A stretch of 32,000 nt of DNA from Alkanindiges illinoisensis DSM 15370 (GCF_000619845.1 NZ_JHUX01000003.1:910064-942063), one strand, 5' to 3'. Counted from the first letter of the stretch, positions 9,107 through 17,095 are shown. Notes: a model not told the origin generated them from the letters alone. Numbers and translations are program-made.

Positions 9107-9814
9107 TCACACAAGCTGCCTTGCCAGCTTAGCCTGCTCATCACTCAAATAAATCCATTGACCTTCGGCTAAATCATCCGGCAATTTAAACTGGCCAATT
9201 TGCTCACGGTGCAAGGCATCGACATGATTGCCCACTGCTGCAATCATCCGCTTCACCTGATGATACAAGCCTTGATGAATAGTCAATACAAGCTGATTTT
9301 CACTTAACTGAATGCAGTCATCCGCTGCATATATGCCCTGCTCGTTGCGTAGCTCCACACCTTGCTTTAACTGTGCAATCTGCTCACTAGAAATTTCACG
9401 ATTGGTTGTAACAATATAACGCTTCGCTACATGCTTTTTAGGATGAGTGAGTGCCTGCAAAAATGTACCGTCATCGGTTAATAGCAGCAGTCCGGTGGTA
9501 TCCTGATCCAGCCGTCCAACACACTGTATGCCACGCTCTATCAGTTGCGCTGGTAGCAAGCTAAAGACACTAGAATGATGCTGCGGCTGATGTGAACATT
9601 CAAAACCAATCGGCTTGTGGAGCGCTATATAAACTTTTTCACGGTACTGCCAGCTTTTCCCTGCAACTATAAATTCAAGGTTATTGACTTCTATATCGGC
9701 TCTGGAATTGCTACAGACTTCACCGTGAATGATAACCTTACCGCTTTCAATCAGTTGACGGCATTGCTTGCGGCTACCAAAGCCTTGCGATTGCAGTATT
9801 TTTTCGAGATGCAT
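9107..9814 (-). CDS. rsuA: 16S rRNA pseudouridine516 synthase RsuA (RsuA/RluB/E/F family)
   Basis: N-terminal S4 domain (LEKILQSQGFGSRKQCRQLIESGKV), catalytic GRLDQDTTGLLLLTDDG, and GLYHQVKRMIAAVGNHVDALHREQIG. These align closely by eye with E. coli RsuA. Confidence 0.88.
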   Translation of the reverse strand: MHLEKILQSQGFGSRKQCRQLIESGKVIIHGEVCSNSRADIEVNNLEFIVAGKSWQYREKVYIALHKPIGFECSHQPQHHSSVFSLLPAQLIERGIQCVGRLDQDTTGLLLLTDDGTFLQALTHPKKHVAKRYIVTTNREISSEQIAQLKQGVELRNEQGIYAADDCIQLSENQLVLTIHQGLYHQVKRMIAAVGNHVDALHREQIGQFKLPDDLAEGQWIYLSDEQAKLARQLV

Positions 9815-9856
9815 ATCAAGTTTTAAATAAAAGTTCCAAAAAATCTTAGCATATTC

Positions 9857-9887
9857 TGACCAACTTGACCAACTTGACCAACTTGAC
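9857..9887 (+). repeat. 3.4 tandem copies of the 9-mer TGACCAACT
   Basis: ctGACCAACTTGACCAACTTGACCAACTTGACtag. Each unit recreates a TTGAC -35-like hexamer core. It lies in the divergent rsuA / antitoxin intergenic region. Confidence 0.95.
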
Positions 9888-9893
9888 TAGAAT
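9865..9893 (+). promoter_or_regulatory. Putative sigma70 promoter of the Phd/YefM-PIN operon, embedded in the 9-mer repeat
   Basis: -35 TTGACC (9865-9870), a 17-nt spacer, and -10 TAGAAT (9888-9893). Downstream come SD GGGAGA (9915-9920) and GTG 9928. Confidence 0.55.
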
Positions 9894-9927
9894 CAGCTCA
9901 TATATTGAGCTTTTGGGAGAGTCTATT

Positions 9928-10176
9928 GTGATTATTAATATTGCTGAAGCCAAAGCGCATCTTTCCGATTTAATCCAGCGTGCCTGCCAGGGTGAGGAGA
10001 TTATTATTGCCAAAAATAATCAGCCCTTGGTTGAACTGGTAGTGCATCAGCCTAAAAGCCAGATTAAATTTGGTTTATTGGAAAATGATACGGCAACACA
10101 GGATCTGCTCAAGATTATGGATGTTGATTTGGCAGACGATTTTTATAATAGCGACATTTTTCCTGAAACCAAATGA
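9928..10176 (+). CDS. Type II antitoxin, Phd/YefM family
   Basis: VIINIAEAKAHLSDLIQRACQGEEIIIAKNNQPLVELV is the typical Phd/YefM N-terminus. A GTG start sits behind a GGGAGA SD, and the stop overlaps the toxin start (ATGA at 10173-10176). The track ORF start at 9865 runs through the promoter repeat and is rejected. Confidence 0.8.
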   Translation: MIINIAEAKAHLSDLIQRACQGEEIIIAKNNQPLVELVVHQPKSQIKFGLLENDTATQDLLKIMDVDLADDFYNSDIFPETK

Positions 10177-10544
10177 ATATTCTCATTGATACGCATATTT
10201 TCCTATGGTTGCTGAAATCGCCAAAATTACTAACTACACAACAAGTAGAAACATTTAAAAACCCACAGAATCAGTTTTATTTGAGCAGTATTAGTATTGC
10301 TGAAATCATGATCAAAGTTTCTATTGGAAAACTGGTTGTAGACTTTGATCCGATTCAGGCAGCTACAGATAGTGGGCTTAAACTCTTGCCGTATCAAGGT
10401 ATTGACGCAGTTTCGCTTGTAAATTTACCGTTTCATCATAAAGACCCGTTTGATCGTATGCTGATTGCGCAAGCCAAAACCCAGAATATGCAAATGATGA
10501 GTAGTGATACAGTTTTTGGATTATATGGAAAGGTGATTGATTAA
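10173..10544 (+). CDS. Type II toxin, PIN-domain ribonuclease (VapC family)
   Basis: The acidic PIN residues occur in the expected order: ILIDTHIFLW (Asp), SSISIAEI (Glu), DPFDRMLIAQA (Asp), MSSD. The protein is 123 aa and translationally coupled to the upstream antitoxin. Confidence 0.85.
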   Translation: MNILIDTHIFLWLLKSPKLLTTQQVETFKNPQNQFYLSSISIAEIMIKVSIGKLVVDFDPIQAATDSGLKLLPYQGIDAVSLVNLPFHHKDPFDRMLIAQAKTQNMQMMSSDTVFGLYGKVID

Positions 10545-10560
10545 TCATCGAATAGACGGC

Positions 10561-10914
10561 TTAGTTCATCCTGATTGGTATTGTAATGGGGTCTTTTTTC
10601 CAGATTACTTGATTTATATTAAAATCAAAAAACTCAGCGATTTTTTGCTTTATATTTGACTCAAATAAGGTTTTATCCATATAAATAATGTGGTTATTTT
10701 GCTTGATTGAAAATAGTATCCTACCACGTGGAATTTGTTCATATTCCAAATTTTTAAGCTCAGGAAACTGTTTCTTTAATTCAAGATTTTCCCAAATACT
10801 CACATGATCAAAATTGCTATCGATTAAACCATTATAGCCTTTAAAACCTTGAGAGATGTCCTCAGGAATGCCAAGGACAGTGTTTTTATAAACCCAGAAG
10901 ATGCCTATGTTCAT
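10561..10914 (-). CDS. Hypothetical protein (117 aa), second gene of the low-GC cassette; no recognisable family
   Basis: The ATG at 10914 lies 1 nt after the stop (10916-10918) of the upstream gene, indicating translational coupling. There is no signal peptide, TM segment or catalytic motif I can recognise. Composition is very AT-rich. Confidence 0.6.
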   Translation of the reverse strand: MNIGIFWVYKNTVLGIPEDISQGFKGYNGLIDSNFDHVSIWENLELKKQFPELKNLEYEQIPRGRILFSIKQNNHIIYMDKTLFESNIKQKIAEFFDFNINQVIWKKDPITIPIRMN

Positions 10915-10915
10915 A

Positions 10916-11629
10916 TTAATGATTTTTAATTATTTCGTTCAATGCATCCAACGCTCTTTTTTTATAATTATTATTAAAACCACCAAAATAACTTGGATGA
11001 TAAAGCCTTAAACCTTTAACTCCTAAACAATCTATAACGGCCATTTCACGAATTGAATCAAAGTCATTTGCTTTCCTAAACTCAATACTAAGAAAATGAA
11101 ATTTGATATCATGATCACGGTTCGGACCAGTCATAAATATACATAAATCTGGCTTTATAATTTCGACCTCCTTAGCAACCACAGAAAAATACTTTCTTTC
11201 TAAATTTCTCGTTATAGGATCAACACCAGTTTCCTGATCAGGTTGGCCAATTTTTGAAATATTGTTCCATATATAAATAATGTCTAAGTTTTTTGTTTTT
11301 TCCATTTTTAAAATATTTTTCTGAAAAACACGAAATTTCTTCCAAAATGAACTCTTAGAATAACCATCATAAAAATTTTTCTGCCAAAAAAAACGATCAT
11401 ACCGATCCATTCCTTCAAAAATGGAATCCGTAAATCCTGAACTATCGTACCATCCTTTAGTTTCTTGACCAAAAATCATTACTTTATAATCAGCTCTTGC
11501 ATATGCATCTTCATCAATATTAATTAATAAAGGATTCGTATAAAATTTCTTATCAATTTTATTCAACTCCACAAGTATCTGTTCCCAATATTTATCGTAT
11601 AAATTAAATAGTTGCTTATTTATACTCAT
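10916..11629 (-). CDS. Hypothetical protein (237 aa) with uracil-DNA-glycosylase-superfamily-like motif order
   Basis: ATG 11629 is preceded by SD AAGGTGA; the track start at 11653 is a TTG. The ordered motifs are YKVMIFGQETKGW (position of UDG motif A, GQDPY/GEAPG), IIYIWNNISK (beta2 Asn), IKPDLCIFMTGPNRD (beta3) and LRLYHPSYFGG (position of motif B, HPSPLS). The fold assignment comes from visual pattern match only. Confidence 0.6.
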   Translation of the reverse strand: MSINKQLFNLYDKYWEQILVELNKIDKKFYTNPLLINIDEDAYARADYKVMIFGQETKGWYDSSGFTDSIFEGMDRYDRFFWQKNFYDGYSKSSFWKKFRVFQKNILKMEKTKNLDIIYIWNNISKIGQPDQETGVDPITRNLERKYFSVVAKEVEIIKPDLCIFMTGPNRDHDIKFHFLSIEFRKANDFDSIREMAVIDCLGVKGLRLYHPSYFGGFNNNYKKRALDALNEIIKNH

Positions 11630-11728
11630 ATTATTTCTCACCTTATCAAACAAATTTTAGAAATTGTAGGCATTTTCCCGAACAAACATTCTTTTAATTC
11701 TAATTCACGCGGCACAAAATGTCGTATT

Positions 11729-11766
11729 AAAAAACCCCACTCACTTGAGCAGGGCTTCTTTTTTAA
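11729..11766 (-). terminator. Probable acnB terminator (hairpin flanked by A- and T-runs)
   Basis: AAAAAACCCCACTCACTTGAGCAGGGCTTCTTTTTT: CCC/GGG and CTC/GAG stems with an internal loop. On the minus strand it is followed by GTTTTTT. Two further hairpins sit closer to the acnB stop (GAGAGGCAGTGCCTCTC at 11818-11834 and GGGCATAGCCC at about 11791-11801). Confidence 0.45.
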
Positions 11767-11844
11767 ATCAAACTTCTAGAACATTCAACTCGGGCATAGC
11801 CCTCGCCTTGCATTCGGGAGAGGCAGTGCCTCTCTATCCCTCAT

Positions 11845-14484
11845 TCAAGTCAACTGAGCAGCACTGATCTTTTTAGTATCAACCTTGCCCGCTTCAGCAG
11901 TGTATTCACCCATGCGATCGAAGTTCATGTAGCGATAGATTTCGCCAGCCATGCTGTCGATGTTCTGGGCATAACCCATGTATTCAGCAACAGTTGGCAA
12001 ACGACCCAATACCGCAGCAACAGAGGCCAACTCAGCAGAAGCCAGATAAACATTGGCACCCTGACCCAGACGGTTCGGGAAGTTACGGGTAGATGTAGAC
12101 ACACAAGTGGTATTTGGTGCTACACGTGCCTGGTTACCCATACACAGTGAACAGCCCGGCATTTCGGTACGCGCACCGGCACGACCATAAATGTTGTAAT
12201 AGCCTTCTTCCATCAACTGATGTTCGTCCATACGGGTTGGCGGAGCCAGCCACAGACGGGTTGATAAAGAACCACCCTCTACTTTTTCCAACAGCTTACC
12301 AGCAGCACGGAAGTGACCGATGTTAGTCATACAAGAACCGATGAACACTTCATCAATTTTTGCACCGGCAACATCAGACAACAGCTTGGCATCATCTGGA
12401 TCGTTCGGGCAGCACAATACTGGCTCAGTGATCGTGCTCAGGTCAATTTCATAAACCTTGGCATATTCAGCGTCAGCATCCGCTTTGATCAGGCTTGGGT
12501 TATCCAGCCATTTCTGCATATTTTCAACACGGCGTGCCATGGTACGCGCATCGCCATAACCTTCTGCAATCATCCACTTTAACATGGTCATGTTGGAGGT
12601 CAGGTATTCAGCAACAGCCTTCTCAGACAGGGTGATCGAACAGCCCGCAGCAGAACGCTCGGCAGACGCATCAGACAATTCGAATGCTTGTTCAACTGTC
12701 AGGTCGCCTTCATATTCGCTCAGGTCAATCTCAAGGATACGACCGTTGAAAATATTCTTCTTGCCTTTTTTCTCTACGGTTAAATCACCCGCTTGAATGG
12801 CAACGTAAGGAATGGCATGTACCAAATCACGCAGGGTGATACCAGGTTGCATTTTGCCCTTGAACTTCACCAGTACAGATTCAGGCATATCCAGTGGCAT
12901 TACGCCAGTCGCAGCAGCAAACGCCACCAGACCCGAACCTGCCGGGAAAGAAATACCAATTGGGAAACGGGTGTGAGAGTCACCGCCAGTACCAACGGTA
13001 TCAGGCAACAGCATGCGGTTTAACCAGGAGTGAATGATACCATCGCCGGGACGCAAGCTTACACCACCACGGTTCATGATGAAGTCTGGCAGCGTGTGGT
13101 GAGTCACCACGTCAACTGGCTTTGGATACGCGGCGGTATGACAGAAAGACTGCATCACCAGATCAGCAGAGAAACCCAAGCAAGCCAGGTCTTTCAGTTC
13201 ATCACGGGTCATTGGACCAGTAGTATCCTGAGAGCCAACAGTGGTCATTTTTGGTTCACAGTAAGTACCCGGACGCACGCCCTGACCTTCTGGTAAGCCA
13301 CAAGCGCGGCCAACCATTTTTTGTGCCTGAGTGAAGCCTTTACCAGTATCACCAGGTTGTACTGGGGTACGGAACAAAGTGGATGGCGCCAGACCCAAAG
13401 CTTCACGCGCCTTGGTGGTCAGGCCACGGCCAATGATCAGGTTAATACGGCCACCAGCACGAACTTCGTCCAGCAGAACCGGAGTTTTCAACTGGGATTC
13501 AGCAATTTGTTCGCCGTTTTTGAACGCAGTAACAGTTGCAGTTTCTTTGTTGATTTTCAGGGTAACTTCGTCACCCATATTCATGTTGCTAACATCAATC
13601 TCAACAGGCAGCGCACCGGCATCTTCCATGGTATTGAAGAAAATCGGCGCAATTTTGCTACCCAGACATACACCGCCATCTTTCTTGTTCGGGATATGCG
13701 GAATGTCATCACCAAAGAACCACAGTACAGAGTTGGTAGCAGACTTACGGCTAGAACCAGTACCAACCACGTCACCCACGTAGGCAACCTGATTACCTTT
13801 AGCAATCAGTTCCTTGATCTGGCTCATCGGGCCCACTTCGCCCGGTTTTTCAGGATTGATCCCTTCACGCACGTTTTTCAGCATGGCATTAGCATGCAAT
13901 GGAATATCTGGACGTGACCATGCATCCTGTGCAGGAGACAAGTCATCAGTGTTGGTTTCGCCAGTTACCTTGAAAACAGTAATCTTGATTTCTTCGGGTA
14001 CATCATCACGGCTGGTAAACCATTCGGCGTCTGCCCATGATTTTAACACCGCTTGTGCATTGGCATTACCAGCGGTAGCTTTATCAGCAACATCATGGAA
14101 TGCATCAAATACCAGTAGGGTTCTCTTGAGTGCTTCAGCAGCATCTGCACCCAGTTCGCTGTCATCCAGCAAGTCAACCAGTGGTGCAACGTTGTAGCCG
14201 CCCAGCATGGTTCCCAACAGGTAAACTGCACGCTTTTTGGTTACCAACGGAGAAGTGGCCTGACCTTTTGCAACAGCAGCCAGAAAAGCGGCTTTAACAT
14301 AAGCAGCCTGGTCTACACCAGCAGGAACACGATTTTCTAGCAAATCAACTAAAAATTGCTCTTCATGTGCCGGCGGGCTTTTTAACAATTCAACCAGTTG
14401 AGCAGTTTGAGTTTCGTCCAGCGGTTTTGGCGGGACACCCAGTGCAGCACGCTCAGCAACGTGTTGGCGGTAGGCTTCTAGCAC
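11845..14484 (-). CDS. acnB: Bifunctional aconitate hydratase 2 / 2-methylisocitrate dehydratase AcnB
   Basis: Near-colinear by eye with E. coli AcnB from (M)LEAYRQHVAERAALGVPPKPL to the C-terminus, including VFKVTGETNTDDLSPA, GDVVGTGSSRKSATNSVLWF, DTVGTGGDSHTRFP and CSLCMGNQARV. A GTG start at 14484 is preceded by AAGAGGAA. The track ORF extends to 14580. Confidence 0.97.
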   Translation of the reverse strand: MLEAYRQHVAERAALGVPPKPLDETQTAQLVELLKSPPAHEEQFLVDLLENRVPAGVDQAAYVKAAFLAAVAKGQATSPLVTKKRAVYLLGTMLGGYNVAPLVDLLDDSELGADAAEALKRTLLVFDAFHDVADKATAGNANAQAVLKSWADAEWFTSRDDVPEEIKITVFKVTGETNTDDLSPAQDAWSRPDIPLHANAMLKNVREGINPEKPGEVGPMSQIKELIAKGNQVAYVGDVVGTGSSRKSATNSVLWFFGDDIPHIPNKKDGGVCLGSKIAPIFFNTMEDAGALPVEIDVSNMNMGDEVTLKINKETATVTAFKNGEQIAESQLKTPVLLDEVRAGGRINLIIGRGLTTKAREALGLAPSTLFRTPVQPGDTGKGFTQAQKMVGRACGLPEGQGVRPGTYCEPKMTTVGSQDTTGPMTRDELKDLACLGFSADLVMQSFCHTAAYPKPVDVVTHHTLPDFIMNRGGVSLRPGDGIIHSWLNRMLLPDTVGTGGDSHTRFPIGISFPAGSGLVAFAAATGVMPLDMPESVLVKFKGKMQPGITLRDLVHAIPYVAIQAGDLTVEKKGKKNIFNGRILEIDLSEYEGDLTVEQAFELSDASAERSAAGCSITLSEKAVAEYLTSNMTMLKWMIAEGYGDARTMARRVENMQKWLDNPSLIKADADAEYAKVYEIDLSTITEPVLCCPNDPDDAKLLSDVAGAKIDEVFIGSCMTNIGHFRAAGKLLEKVEGGSLSTRLWLAPPTRMDEHQLMEEGYYNIYGRAGARTEMPGCSLCMGNQARVAPNTTCVSTSTRNFPNRLGQGANVYLASAELASVAAVLGRLPTVAEYMGYAQNIDSMAGEIYRYMNFDRMGEYTAEAGKVDTKKISAAQLT

Positions 14485-15036
14485 GGTGTTATTCCTCTTG
14501 TGGATGTTCATTGCGCGCTGTTCTAAACATGCTTGCTTAGTACACGCAATTATGGATGCGTGGATTTTACTAAATTTCAAGCCAAAAGTTAATGTAACAA
14601 TGGCAATTGCTACAAATGCCCATTATTTTTTAAATAAATGATAGTTTTGGGAGCGTAAATAATTTTTGACCAACACCCTTAAGGCTGAGCTTGTGATCTC
14701 AATAAAGCGCGCAGATTTTTGCAGGTTTCAATTATTAACTATTTAATCGTAAGGTTTGTCGTGTAGTTTTAATTAACTATAAACTTCTAAAAGATTGATT
14801 ATGCCTTTGAACAAGTGTGACTTTCTTAATCATATTTAAGAACTATAAAAAAGTAACTTTTCGGCACATTTTATTCAAACTTTGAGCAACTCATTCGTAA
14901 TTCTACATTTTGATGCAATATTGCTGGTCGCAAGCATTGCCAGCGCTGGTTCATTTTTCTAGACTGCCTGTTGCTATTGCTATCAACTGTTGTTGCTACT
15001 AGATCTCACAACCAAGGAACACGCTCAGGTTTAAAT

Positions 15037-16512
15037 ATGAAAAAATTTTATATCCTTCCGCTGGCATGCGCGATTGCCGCATTAACCGCCTGTAGTCCTG
15101 CCCCTGTAAAACAAGAAATTATTATTCCTCAAACACCACAACCTGCACCACAGCCACTGGTATTACGCAAGGTGGAACCGGAAACCTCGGCACCCCATTA
15201 CCATTTAAACCCACGGAATTATGAGCAGCCACTAAACCCGATTATTGTGCAGCAAATCCGTGAAGCACTTACCCCAAAAATTATTAATCCTGCCACAGGT
15301 GAGGTGGTTACCCGTTTGCCCCTGATTGTACCAGTCGATGCCACAGCACAAACCACTGCTGTCGCAGCCACAGTTAATACCGATGGTAGTTTGAACGCGA
15401 CGGATGCAAATCAGGCTATGCAAGCTCAGGCAAGTGCTGCAAATACACCAGCTACACCGGTAACTTCCAATAGCACAGCAGCCAATAGCGTTCCTGCAAC
15501 ACTAGCCACTGACAGTAATGGTATTCCGGTAGCTGAACCGCAGGACACGCAAGCTGCCTTATTAAAGATTGATCCTGCTTTGAAACTGGATGATCAAGCC
15601 GTTGCCAGCCTTGCAGCCAGTCAGGCTCAAATGAACAACACTCAAGCGACTAGCCCTCAATCGGTGCCTGCTGCTTCTCCAGACAATACGCAAACTGGCA
15701 CAAATGGCGCAAGCGTTGATAGCAGTGCTACCGCAACTCAGCCTAGCGCGGCCACTATAAATGCCACAACAGACACACAAGCTGCTTCAGCCACCGCGAC
15801 ACCAGATAGCGCCACGACAACCCCAATTGGTACATCACCAGTGGCTGCCAGCAATGCCGCCATTGGCAATATAACCACAAGCAACACTGCTAAAATCCTG
15901 ATTCCTATCCATCAGCAGCAGATGATAAAAACACCCAGTATGCCTGCACCCAGCGATGAAACACTGGATGTTACCGAAATTGATAAGGATATTACCCTGC
16001 TTGAAGGTAAGGCACGTCATTACCCCACTTATTTTAAAGATAAGTACGAGCGCTGGAAGGCTGAGAAGAAAATCAAGCAAATTACCCAGCGACTGGATCA
16101 AATCGCGGTAGATCCGCGTGCTTCCTATGATTTGTTGCTGCGTGCCATGAAAGCGCATGTACTGGCGCGCAATATGGATGCAGGCCCGGATTCTGCCTTT
16201 AAGTCGGCTGTTTATTTCCAGCGTTTACTGAAGTTAAAGCCTGCTGATCCGGAAACCAGTTTCTGGTATGGATTCTCTTTGGGTGAAGGCGGCGGCTTTA
16301 GGGAGTCTATTTCCCATCTGGATACTGCGGTGAAAGCAGAATATCAGGAAGCTTATCTGGCTTTGGCACACAGTTATCTGCAAATGGATGACAAGAAAAA
16401 TGCCTTAACTGTATTAAATAACTACAAAATCAAATATCCGGATGAAGCAACCGAAACGGATCAACTCATTGCAGAGATTCAGGCTGGCAAGCGTTACTCC
16501 ATGTGGCAGTAA
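15037..16512 (+). CDS. Lipoprotein with long Ala/Thr/Ser/Gln/Pro-rich low-complexity linker and helical TPR-like C-terminal domain
   Basis: MKKFYILPLACAIAALTAC|S contains the lipobox L-T-A-C. Residues ~101-285 (nt ~15337-15892) are low complexity. The C-terminal ~170 aa (..EAYLALAHSYLQMDDKKNALTVLNNYKIKYP..) looks like TPR/Sel1-type helical repeats. Confidence 0.7.
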   Translation: MKKFYILPLACAIAALTACSPAPVKQEIIIPQTPQPAPQPLVLRKVEPETSAPHYHLNPRNYEQPLNPIIVQQIREALTPKIINPATGEVVTRLPLIVPVDATAQTTAVAATVNTDGSLNATDANQAMQAQASAANTPATPVTSNSTAANSVPATLATDSNGIPVAEPQDTQAALLKIDPALKLDDQAVASLAASQAQMNNTQATSPQSVPAASPDNTQTGTNGASVDSSATATQPSAATINATTDTQAASATATPDSATTTPIGTSPVAASNAAIGNITTSNTAKILIPIHQQQMIKTPSMPAPSDETLDVTEIDKDITLLEGKARHYPTYFKDKYERWKAEKKIKQITQRLDQIAVDPRASYDLLLRAMKAHVLARNMDAGPDSAFKSAVYFQRLLKLKPADPETSFWYGFSLGEGGGFRESISHLDTAVKAEYQEAYLALAHSYLQMDDKKNALTVLNNYKIKYPDEATETDQLIAEIQAGKRYSMWQ

Positions 16513-16529
16513 TCCACTTTTACGATGAC

Positions 16530-16560
16530 AAAAAATAGGGCTTAACTGCCCTATTTTTCT
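16530..16560. terminator. Bidirectional rho-independent terminator between the convergent lipoprotein and small secreted-protein genes
   Basis: AAAAAATAGGGC-TTAACT-GCCCTATTTTT: a 7-bp stem (16535-16541/16548-16554) with an A-run and a T-run. Confidence 0.8.
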
Positions 16561-16578
16561 ATGTGCATTGATGCAGTT

Positions 16579-16935
16579 TTAACGTGTAGCCGGTGAAATA
16601 TCAGAAATATGCACCTGACCTGTTTTGCGCATGTACAGACACAACTTTTCCTGCGTTGCTGTTGCTTTGGGTTGAGAACCGGCAACCGGTTTTAAATGCC
16701 CGCGCAAGGTAATGGCAGTGTAGCCAACCGTATCATCAAACAATATTGGCTTGCTGGAAACTACAGCATTCATTAAGCCACTGGCTGCAGTACACTTTTG
16801 CGCAACCTTACGGTCATGGTCTGCCCATGCTTTATCAGAAGATGCAAAAACAGGCATGGCAAGAGTTGCCATCAAACCTGCCACAACCATGTTGGCCAGT
16901 GACAAATATTTAAAACGCACATGATTAATGCGCAT
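16579..16935 (-). CDS. Small secreted/periplasmic hypothetical protein (118 aa)
   Basis: SD AGGAG lies upstream of ATG 16935. The signal peptide is ..MVVAGLMATLAMPVFA|SSDK, and the mature part has two Cys residues. No family was recognised. Confidence 0.6.
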   Translation of the reverse strand: MRINHVRFKYLSLANMVVAGLMATLAMPVFASSDKAWADHDRKVAQKCTAASGLMNAVVSSKPILFDDTVGYTAITLRGHLKPVAGSQPKATATQEKLCLYMRKTGQVHISDISPATR

Positions 16936-17095
16936 AGTTATGCTCCTGAATACAGTATGGGGACAATTATGCAGACTTTGTTACCCGGCAATATCGACAT
17001 ACTGTATAGGTTGCAGAACTAAAACGTAGTGGGCTGTAAACCTGCATACAACTTCATTTAAGGCATCCAGAACATATATAAGTAAGCCTAGGCAT

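Noticed and set aside
9880-11781. Possible att-like direct repeats bounding the accessory islet: AACTTGACTAGAA (9880-9892) and AACTTCTAGAA (11771-11781).
   Set aside because: The match is short, gapped and imperfect, and the left copy is simply the end of the 9-mer promoter repeat. It is not enough to claim an integration scar without comparison to an empty site.
12114-14231. A series of + strand ORFs (70-198 aa), plus two short minus-strand out-of-frame ORFs, inside acnB.
   Set aside because: They lie entirely within the strongly supported AcnB reading frame. Their translations are low-complexity (Thr/Ser/Arg/His-rich) with no motifs. These are typical shadow ORFs of a moderately GC-rich gene.
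788-15036. Longer 5' extensions offered by the ORF track for surA (788), miaA (3936), tsaE (6413), the RRM protein (8785), the antitoxin (9865), the UDG-like gene (11653), acnB (14580) and the lipoprotein (14971).
   Set aside because: In each case an internal start has a better SD and/or matches the homologue's N-terminus or the start of the signal peptide. The extensions also overlap upstream genes or promoter DNA, or begin at TTG/GTG without an SD.
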